DNA of 64,000 bases from Verrucomicrobiota bacterium (GTDB taxonomy: Bacteria; Verrucomicrobiota; Verrucomicrobiia; Limisphaerales; Palsa-1400), in NCBI GenBank assembly GCA_049510745.1, contig JBEKYR010000009.1:83487-147486 (forward strand), given 5' to 3'. Below the pieces are notes generated by a model, which worked only from the letters and a program-made list of their open reading frames with translations, was not told where the DNA came from and searched no databases. Made by a program: the position numbers and the translations under genes. This document shows positions 50,559 to 58,462 of this stretch, in pieces (the first letter of the stretch is position 1; every line of letters begins with the position of its first letter).

Positions 50559-50892
50559 CGAAAGTGGGCGCTAGGATCCCCTGTCCGCCAGTGGAAAGCG
50601 TTAGTGGCGTCGTCCAACCGCGCGGCCCATCGCCAACGTGAACAAATCGAGCGTCGGCGAATTCCCAAAGCAGGCCGGCGGCAACAGCGCAGATCTTCCT
50701 CTTTAACGGCGATGAGCGAATTCGAGATAATCGGTCCTCGCGAGACAATCGAGGCCGTTCGAGCGGCCCACGATCGCAACACAGGTTCCCGCACCGCAGA
50801 AGCTACCGTCGTTTGAGCTTATTTCCCGCTCGAGCTTGGACGGCGGGGCATTCACGTGATGGGAATTGTGAAGCCAGATAAGTCAAGTAGAA

Positions 50893-51594
50893 ATGATAGC
50901 CAAACATTTGTGCATGCTAAACAACGCATGCAATCAATACGGGCCTCACCTGGCGGGCGGTTTGCTTCCCCATGCCCCGGGTCTGGTGAGCGCGTTAACG
51001 GAAGCGCAACATCAACAACTGCACCGCCATGCGGCCACACGGCTGAAGCGGGCCGCCATGAAACCCGGCATGGAGCGGGTGCTGGCCGGCCGCACTCCCG
51101 GCGACCTGGTCAACGATGCTCTGGAAGCCATCCTGGCTGGCGAGGACTCTTCGGGCAAAGGCCGGAAGCTGCCAGCCAAGGCGCGCCGCAGCGTGGAGGG
51201 GTTTGTCTATCACGTCATCAGTGTGATCGACTCGCAGTTGTCCAACCTCTCGACCTCCGCGGAGGCCAAGAGCGTCCATGCCCCTGCAGGCGGCGAGGAG
51301 GCCGGCCCCGGTTTCGTAAAACTGCCCGACCCCATCGATCCGTCAACGATGCTGGAACAACGCGACACGCTGCGCGCAGTGTCGGAGGGCCTGGAGGAAG
51401 TCTTAAAAACGGAAAAGGTCTTGGCGCCCGTCATTCGCTACTGGCAGTTGAATAGCGAGTTCGGAGGAGCAGAGTTTGATTCCAACCAGGTCTTCAGGGT
51501 GCGGCAGCACATCCGCCGCATTCTGCGCCGCCTGGCCATGGAAGTCTGCCCGCCGTCGCAAGAGCGGATCACGGGAATGGAAATGCTGCGGTAA
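50893..51594 (+). CDS. Hypothetical protein, divergent ECF/sigma70-like
   Basis: QLHRHAATRL...TPGDLVNDALEAIL...FVYHVISVIDSQLSN resembles sigma region 2; basic C-terminal helix. Confidence 0.5.
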   Translation: MIAKHLCMLNNACNQYGPHLAGGLLPHAPGLVSALTEAQHQQLHRHAATRLKRAAMKPGMERVLAGRTPGDLVNDALEAILAGEDSSGKGRKLPAKARRSVEGFVYHVISVIDSQLSNLSTSAEAKSVHAPAGGEEAGPGFVKLPDPIDPSTMLEQRDTLRAVSEGLEEVLKTEKVLAPVIRYWQLNSEFGGAEFDSNQVFRVRQHIRRILRRLAMEVCPPSQERITGMEMLR

Positions 51595-51665
51595 CGCCGA
51601 TTCCGTAAAAAAAACCGGCTGTTTTCCAGCATATATATAATGGAAGGGGTTTTAATCCCCCTCCA

Positions 51666-53144
51666 ATGATGAACGAGTTAAACACACCCATCGACCATCT
51701 CTACGAACAGGCCAAGAAAATCCTGGCCGCCAGTCCCGGCATCGGGAAAAAACGCCTCGGGCAGATGCTGGGAATTAAGACGCCTAGTTCTCGGCTGCGC
51801 ATCTTTCGCTATCACGGTGAAACCCAAGGCCATGGCACCGAGCCTGATTACATTCGGGTTCGGCAGTTGAAGGAGGCCAACCTAGACTGGAGCGCCGCGC
51901 GCATCGCCACCGAATTGGGCCTGACGATCGATCACGCCCGCCTGCACCTAGCGCGCTGGCTGGGAGCTCAGAGCTTTCAAGGCCGCAGTGCCGCTGTCCC
52001 CCCGGTGCCTGCAGCAGAGCCAGAGGCTCCTGCCCACGGGGCAGAATTGCGGGTTTGCGGCCAAGGCGACAACCAGGCTCTGAGCTACCGGGGTTCGCGC
52101 ATCCGCACGGTGGAGGAACTGCTGGCGTACACCCAAACCGACACCGCGGTGTGGGAAATTGAGCGGCAGGAGATCAACAAATGGGAAGTCGGAATGAAAG
52201 ATCCGATGGCGGGGGGAATTTTGACGGAGCCGCTGTTTCAAATCAAACTCTGGCTGCGGCGCAAGGCGGCTGAACAGGCGCTGCAAAAGTTCATGAACGG
52301 AATGCTCGAAAAATTTCAGCAAGCGGCTCCGATCCGCCCCAGCATTCCCCGCCGTTCGGGAAACAAAGGTCTCTTGGAAATTTCGATCATGGATCATCAC
52401 TTCGGCAAGTACTGCTGCGCCATGGAGAGCGGGCGGGCCTATGACGCTGACATTGCGGAGCGCATGTTCATCACCGCGCTGGAGGATCTGCTCCAAAAAT
52501 CGGCGGCGTTGCCGACGGAAAAAATCCTGATGGTATGTGGCAACGACTTTTTTAACACGGACCAGCTGGGCCGGACGACGACTGCGGGTACTCCGCAGGA
52601 CGAGGCGCTGCGTTATCAGGAGTCCTTTTTGCGCGGCCGCCAGCTGTTGGTCCGGGCGGTGGACCGTTTGTGCGAAGTCGCGCCCGTCCATGTGGTGATG
52701 GTGACCGGCAATCATGACACCCAACGTTTATACTACCTGGGCGATGTTTTGGCGGCCTGGTTCCGGAACAACTCCGATGTCCAAATCGACAACAGCCCCC
52801 AACAGCGAAAATATTATCTACACTATCGCAATCTCATTGGGTTCACGCACGGCCATAACGAAAAGCATTTTGACCTGCCGTTGTTGCTGGCCACGGAAAA
52901 TCCCGAAGGCTGGGCGGCGAGCCGCCACCGGGAATTTCACTTGGGCCACTTCCATTCGCGCAAATATAAAATGTTTGTTCCCTCCTTTGATAGAGCAGGA
53001 GTGCTCGTCCGCATTTTGCCTTCGCTGTGTCCGCCCGATGCCTGGCACGCCGCCATGGGCTATCGCTCCCGGCTGTCGGCGGAGGCGCTCTATTTCGATC
53101 CTGAGGAGGGATGCATTGCCAATTTCATCCACAGCCCAAGCTGA
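51666..53144 (+). CDS. HTH-fused calcineurin-like metallophosphoesterase
   Basis: All five motifs: DHH, GNDFFNTD, GNHD, THGH, GHFH; N-terminal WSAARIATELGLT HTH. Confidence 0.85.
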   Translation: MMNELNTPIDHLYEQAKKILAASPGIGKKRLGQMLGIKTPSSRLRIFRYHGETQGHGTEPDYIRVRQLKEANLDWSAARIATELGLTIDHARLHLARWLGAQSFQGRSAAVPPVPAAEPEAPAHGAELRVCGQGDNQALSYRGSRIRTVEELLAYTQTDTAVWEIERQEINKWEVGMKDPMAGGILTEPLFQIKLWLRRKAAEQALQKFMNGMLEKFQQAAPIRPSIPRRSGNKGLLEISIMDHHFGKYCCAMESGRAYDADIAERMFITALEDLLQKSAALPTEKILMVCGNDFFNTDQLGRTTTAGTPQDEALRYQESFLRGRQLLVRAVDRLCEVAPVHVVMVTGNHDTQRLYYLGDVLAAWFRNNSDVQIDNSPQQRKYYLHYRNLIGFTHGHNEKHFDLPLLLATENPEGWAASRHREFHLGHFHSRKYKMFVPSFDRAGVLVRILPSLCPPDAWHAAMGYRSRLSAEALYFDPEEGCIANFIHSPS

Positions 53145-53147
53145 AAA

Positions 53148-54968
53148 ATGCCTATGTTTGACTCAATTGGTAGACCACTTGTTGTGTGGCCCTGTTATGA
53201 ACCCGCTGGAGAGCAGGTTGCGCTCACGGAGAACGAGCTGGTGCGGCATGTCTTGCTGCTGGGTTCCACCGGCTGCGGCAAGTCCACTCTGCTCGCTGCA
53301 GCCATGGGCCAGATCCTGGTCCGTTGCGAGGAGAAGGTGGGCCTTTTGGTGTTGGACGCGAAAGCAGACGGCTTGGCGGATCAAGTCCGGGATGCCGCCT
53401 GGCAGGCTGGCCGGAGCAAGGATGTGATGATCTTTGGTCCGGAGGGAGACCATACCCTGGACCTGTTCGAGCCTTTGGGTTCGCTGCAGGGCGTGGAGGC
53501 CATCACTCGGCGCATCATGCTCGCCGCCGATCCCATGAGCGGCGACAATGCCTACTGGCAGACGACGACGGCCAGCATGTACAGCGCCGCTTTCAGCCTG
53601 TATGCCGCCGCGGGCAAGCCGGTCCATTTCAGCGCCGTGATGGAATTCCTGCGGCGCTGGTTCATGTCGCCCACGACGACGCCGGAAATCCAGGTGCTGA
53701 TTGATCAACTGGAGCGGGATAAGAAGCCGCCGCATCCTTTGGTGACGGGTGCCATCGATCAAGCAAAGTTGTGGCAGGACTTGGATCTGCGCACGCGCAG
53801 CGTTGTGCAGAGTTGTTTGCTCAATGTGCTGCGGCCGTTGCAAAGCGCGGCGGCCGCCAGCACGTTCGCGGCGGCTTCGCGGCGTGGTGGCAACCCAGCC
53901 CAGGCCGCGACCGTGGGAGCCATCTGCGTCGCGTCCGTCAATGCCTTGGCGCATCCGGAGCTGGCACGCTTTCTTTTTCGGCTGGCCAAGCAAGTGTTTT
54001 TTGAAGCCGTCCAGCAGCGGTCGGGTGGCATGCAGCGCCTTTGCGGAATCGTCGCAGATGAGCTGCCCTTGGTAGTCACGCGCGAGGACGCTAGCCAGCT
54101 TGCCACCCTGAGGAGCAAACGTTGTTTTTTCTTGGGGGCCAGCCAGGGCCTTCATGCCCTCGCGGAGCGGATCGGCACGAGTCCTATGCATGCCCTTTTG
54201 ACCAACTTCAACACGACTGTGTTTATGCGCTCGACCGAGGCCGAAACAGCGATTCATGCACAATTGACTTTGGGCACGCGCACCGATGCCGTCAAACGCA
54301 GGCCGGAGAGCGAGGGAGGCGGCCTGGGCTTGCTTCCGCCCTGCTCCAGAGAGCCCATCGAAACCGAGGTGTCCGTCTGCCCAATAGGCGCGCTGGCCAA
54401 ACTGGATACCCATCAGGGATACGTGGCGCGTGCGGATGGCTCTCGCACCTTGCAGCCCGTGTGGTTCGTTCCGTGGTTCGAACAGCCTCTAACAACGTCG
54501 GCCGAAAAGTTCACCTCCGAGCACGTTAAGTCCCTGATGGAACGCGCAGGATTCAAGCTGCGATGCTCGCCCTGCGCCGTGGCCTCAGCGGCCGCCAACA
54601 TGGAGCGGACGGACAACAGAGCACTGCAGGCGGCTGTCGTTTTTTTTCGGGCGAAGGCATGCATGCTTCCACGCGGCCTCGACACATTGCCAACTTGCTG
54701 GCTGCGGGCCATTCCGGGGATTCTGTGGCACATGCGCAAGCCGCACTGGCAGCAACTGCCGTTCTTCATTGATCGGTTGAAGATAATCGATGGCCTGCTC
54801 GTGGTGGGCTTTGCACAAGAGGAGCCGCAATCCTGCTCACGTTTGACTCTCTGGGATCGGATCCGAATTGGCTTGAACGCGAGCCTCTATCCGAGTCCCT
54901 GGCGGGCCATCAAACGGCATCACGCTCTGGCCCTTCAGCGCAACGGCCAAAATCTTGAAATTGGATGA
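53148..54968 (+). CDS. VirD4/TraD/TraG-like P-loop ATPase without TM anchor
   Basis: RHVLLLGSTGCGKST, LVLDAK, IVADE, LRSK...ASQ and NFNTTVFMR motifs. Confidence 0.8.
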   Translation: MPMFDSIGRPLVVWPCYEPAGEQVALTENELVRHVLLLGSTGCGKSTLLAAAMGQILVRCEEKVGLLVLDAKADGLADQVRDAAWQAGRSKDVMIFGPEGDHTLDLFEPLGSLQGVEAITRRIMLAADPMSGDNAYWQTTTASMYSAAFSLYAAAGKPVHFSAVMEFLRRWFMSPTTTPEIQVLIDQLERDKKPPHPLVTGAIDQAKLWQDLDLRTRSVVQSCLLNVLRPLQSAAAASTFAAASRRGGNPAQAATVGAICVASVNALAHPELARFLFRLAKQVFFEAVQQRSGGMQRLCGIVADELPLVVTREDASQLATLRSKRCFFLGASQGLHALAERIGTSPMHALLTNFNTTVFMRSTEAETAIHAQLTLGTRTDAVKRRPESEGGGLGLLPPCSREPIETEVSVCPIGALAKLDTHQGYVARADGSRTLQPVWFVPWFEQPLTTSAEKFTSEHVKSLMERAGFKLRCSPCAVASAAANMERTDNRALQAAVVFFRAKACMLPRGLDTLPTCWLRAIPGILWHMRKPHWQQLPFFIDRLKIIDGLLVVGFAQEEPQSCSRLTLWDRIRIGLNASLYPSPWRAIKRHHALALQRNGQNLEIG

Positions 54969-55745
54969 GCGCTTAACCGCGTTTGAACGGGTTTGAACGT
55001 CGCCACCGCGCCGCTCCGCCTCTCGATTCTCATCGCTGCCTGTTTCAGTCACCCATCTGGTTCTAGGCGCGCCGCACCCTTTCGCCCGCCACGCGCCCTT
55101 CCCGCTTTGGCGGGACCAGAGAATCGTTTGTACCACGCCGCCGCCCATTCAGTCACGGATGGTTATCCAGGTCGGTGTCGCGCACCACCCGGATCCCAGA
55201 CCCTTGCGAGCTGACGACGGGAGCAGACCATCTCGGGCTTGACGCCCAAATCTTAATCCCCCAACAACTAGCCTTTCTTTTTGCCAAGCTTTTTCTTTGG
55301 GCAATGCCAAAGAAAAAGCGGCCTCGCCTACGCTAAGGCAGTGGCTGCCGCTGCCAACCAGTCCTGCGCTTATACCAGACCCTTTCCAGGCTCGCGGCAG
55401 CCTCCGCCAATTATCCAAAGAGCATCGTCTCATCAAATTCCTTGCCCCGCATCACGTGCCAAGCGGCCTTGGCCAATTGAGCGCGGCCCCGTTGAAGCAA
55501 CGCTAATCCTTCCGAGCGGCAACCAAGTACCATTCTCCTGCCCCTGAAATTACAAGGCCGAGCTAATAGATTGCAGGTAAGCCGTCGTTTAACGTTCCAA
55601 CGTTCGGTTCGAGGTGAACCGTAAAATGTAAAACGTATGAACGGAACTAAAATGGATGAACTCACGCGAGAGACGACTAAGGCCGTTATCCCGTTTGCAA
55701 CAACAGCCTGAAGACAGCACCACTCACTGGAAGGAGGTGAGAAAA

Positions 55746-55838
55746 ATGCGCACAAAAGATGACCTGGACAACTATGCGAATCAGTTGAATCCAAACAACG
55801 ACGAGTATTGGCATAGCCGCGGCGAGGAAAAGCCGTAA
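55746..55838 (+). CDS. 30-aa micro-protein with NQLNPNN motif
   Basis: Strong SD AAGGAGGTGA 5 nt upstream; MRTKDDLDNYANQLNPNNDEYWHSRGEEKP; hairpin downstream. Confidence 0.7.
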   Translation: MRTKDDLDNYANQLNPNNDEYWHSRGEEKP

Positions 55839-55845
55839 ACTGAAA

Positions 55846-56997
55846 TCAAGGCTGGCGGGAGAAGAACCCGCCAGCCCCTTCCTTCTTGCGGGCTTTCCGG
55901 GCGATTTTTAGGTGGAGGAAAAAACGTCGGTAGTACCGTTGGATTCGCGCGGTATCGTTGTTGAATCCAGCAGCGATCTGCTTGAAGTGATTTTCCAACC
56001 AAAAGGTAATCATCCACGACAAGAGGCAAAAATCCCCTGTCTCCTCGCGTTGATCCAAGGGCAGCTCGCTGCGCTTTGAAATGATTTGCCATGAGCGCCG
56101 GACATTCTTGACGGATGGCCGTTTCTTTCCACTTGTCCAGCAGCTGACCTCCACTGCCTTCGCGTTAATCTCTGACAGAGCAGGGCCATCGCCGTCCAGT
56201 AGCAGCCTGGCCCATTTGCGGCGGGAGCTTTTGCCTGTCCGTTTAATCGCTCCTGCTGATTGCATGGCGTGTTCGAGCCAGACCTTTCGAAATGTTAGTG
56301 GTTCCGGATTTATGACAATCGCGGTGATGTGCTTCTCGATCGACAACCAGAATGGGGCGTGGTGCGATGAAGCGGCACATTCTTCCAGGACTGCCAGTGC
56401 CATCAACGGGCGGTCAAACAGTTGACGGATTAAATGGATCATCTGAATTTTATCCATGGTCGGCCTTCTCGATCTAAGAAAGCGCAGGCGTTGAGGTTCG
56501 GCGAACCGATACGGACTACCAGGAGCGAGCAACGCGTTCCTCCACGCCGTCAGAAGCTCTTCCTGACCGACGAGCACACCACCGTGACGTGGCCATATTG
56601 CTTCCTCTTGAATCAAAAAATCAGCTGCCGGCTTGAGTTCGTGAAGTGGCGGCTGAAGACGTGGATAGTTTGCGCAAATTTGAAAGAACCGCTTCCATGA
56701 GCGGTCCGTGCGGTAACTTCGCCCTTCGGCGATTGTGCCCTTGATCCTTGCCTTCCACGCGTCGAGTTCCTTTTTGGAGCTGGGGTGTGGTTGGTACAGT
56801 AATTCGTTCTCCGGGATACTTGTGCTCCAATTCCGCCCGCGACATTCCTTCCTTGTCGGAAAATAGACTGGCCAATGTTCTTCGATGGATTGCGCGATGC
56901 GCTTCGAGAGCGGGCAACGAAGGTGCTTCGGATAGAACAGATCCCGAAAAGAAGGGTCGTTCTTTTCGAGTATGGCAATAAGTTGCCAGGGATTCAT
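55846..56997 (-). CDS. Hypothetical protein, possible XRE-like HTH near the C-terminus
   Basis: 383-aa ORF; EVSCWTSGKKRPS resembles an XRE recognition helix. Confidence 0.6.
   Translation of the reverse strand: MNPWQLIAILEKNDPSFRDLFYPKHLRCPLSKRIAQSIEEHWPVYFPTRKECRGRNWSTSIPENELLYQPHPSSKKELDAWKARIKGTIAEGRSYRTDRSWKRFFQICANYPRLQPPLHELKPAADFLIQEEAIWPRHGGVLVGQEELLTAWRNALLAPGSPYRFAEPQRLRFLRSRRPTMDKIQMIHLIRQLFDRPLMALAVLEECAASSHHAPFWLSIEKHITAIVINPEPLTFRKVWLEHAMQSAGAIKRTGKSSRRKWARLLLDGDGPALSEINAKAVEVSCWTSGKKRPSVKNVRRSWQIISKRSELPLDQREETGDFCLLSWMITFWLENHFKQIAAGFNNDTARIQRYYRRFFLHLKIARKARKKEGAGGFFSRQP
55850..55876. terminator. Hairpin between convergent genes, possible terminator
   Basis: GGCTGGCGGG-agaagaa-CCCGCCAGCC, 10-bp stem. 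Confidence 0.5.
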
Positions 56998-57092
56998 GGC
57001 GAGGTGGTTCCTTTGCGATCATCGCACAAATTGTGCCGCCGTGTCCATCGACGAACGGCACCGCAATGTCAACGGAACTATGTGAATGGCGA

Positions 57093-57809
57093 TCAATTGA
57101 GTATTTTCCAGACCGGATTGGTTACCTGGGTCTTTGCAGCTTTTCGGAACTCCTTCCTTTTGGTGTAACGGCGTGGCCGAATCGAGCGTTCTTTTTTCCA
57201 CTCCGCCAAGCGCGTGTACACCGTGCGCAACGGCATCTTGATGCGGAATTCTGATTTCAGTGCTTTCTGTGCTTCCGCTGCTGACGGAGGTTTCCCAGTG
57301 AGTTCGTGTTCCTGGTTACACCACTTGAAAAAGGAGGGCTTCAATCGGCGCAGTTCTAAAATGCTGCCCTTTCGCGTATGCGAGAGAGTTCGCTTGAGTT
57401 TTCCTTGGCTCAGATATTCCGCGTCCAACCTTAAGCGGCCGTAAGGCACGCCGCAATCGGTGGAGACGGTGCTCATGGTCACCACCTCAGTTCCTATTTT
57501 TTTCAGGGCCGTGGTCCTTCTGGGGCCAAGTTGGCGTGCGCAAGCCTCAATTTCCGCAATTTGCGCCTTTGTCCACCGGTATCTTCGGTGATTCCCTTTT
57601 GCCCGTTTATCACGCAACGGCAGCCAATACCCCAGCCTCTTGCAACAGCGTCTTGCGGTGCGATTGGAGATTGGGCCTCCTACTCTCCCTGGGGCAGCAA
57701 ACCACCGGATGACCCCTTCAATCGACCTCACCAATCGCGCATCCAGCTGAAGTTTTAGTTGGTCCAGCCGCTCTTCCGTTATTTCCCTCGGTCTTCCGCG
57801 AATGGTCAT
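57093..57809 (-). CDS. Basic multi-HTH protein with IS630-like HTH motifs and no DDE domain
   Basis: GRPREITEERLDQL...ISNRTARRCCKRLGY and EAQKALKSEFRIKMPLRTVYTRL; start trimmed to ATG 57809. Confidence 0.55.
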   Translation of the reverse strand: MTIRGRPREITEERLDQLKLQLDARLVRSIEGVIRWFAAPGRVGGPISNRTARRCCKRLGYWLPLRDKRAKGNHRRYRWTKAQIAEIEACARQLGPRRTTALKKIGTEVVTMSTVSTDCGVPYGRLRLDAEYLSQGKLKRTLSHTRKGSILELRRLKPSFFKWCNQEHELTGKPPSAAEAQKALKSEFRIKMPLRTVYTRLAEWKKERSIRPRRYTKRKEFRKAAKTQVTNPVWKILN

Positions 57810-57957
57810 ACCGGGCTTCTGCCTTCGTAAGTTGTTCGTTATCAATATCACACCGCTCTTGGGTGAAGCGGAGCGGCTCCAGCCAAAATATACGCCAAAG
57901 CGCGATTTAAGTCCAATATTAATAGCGAGGAAAATTGTGCCCACGGGAAAATGAGGT

Positions 57958-58251
57958 GTGAAAAAGCTTCGCCAGGTGGGTGCAAGGGGGAGTCGGGGTC
58001 AGCGACGGTGGCAAAGATCTGCCATCGAAACTGAGGGGCAAAAGTGGCTGACCCGCGAGCAGATGTCCGTTCGATTGGGTGTCTGTATCCGTACGATAGA
58101 CCACTGGGTGGAAGAAGGGACTTTACCCTGCTTCAAGCACGGGGGCGTCGTGAGGTTTGACCCCGATGACTGTGACGCAGCTCTGCGAAAGTTCTATCGC
58201 CGGTCGCGCTGGCAATCGGAGGACGAAAACCAGGAGGAGACCTCGTTATGA
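57958..58251 (+). CDS. Excisionase-like HTH_17 protein
   Basis: WLTREQMSVRLGVCIRTIDHWVEEGTLPCFKHGGVVRFD. Confidence 0.85.
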   Translation: MKKLRQVGARGSRGQRRWQRSAIETEGQKWLTREQMSVRLGVCIRTIDHWVEEGTLPCFKHGGVVRFDPDDCDAALRKFYRRSRWQSEDENQEETSL

Positions 58252-58462
58252 CACCGTTCCTCGCAATGCCGTTTCCTTGCCTGGCTCCCGCGTTGCGGTT
58301 GGCCCGGCTGGGCTCATGCGACGGCCATGTTCTTAGCGCAGAGGGGATGCCGCCGGACAGGATTTCCCCGCTGGCCGTCATTTCCCCGGGCGTCGCTTCT
58401 GTCAAGTGTAAAACAACTACGCCGAACAAGAATCAAGTATCGATAGCAAAATGAATTGACCC

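Noticed and set aside
53148..54968. Complete conjugative element (ICE)
   Set aside because: No relaxase, VirB4 or mating-pore genes recognised in the window
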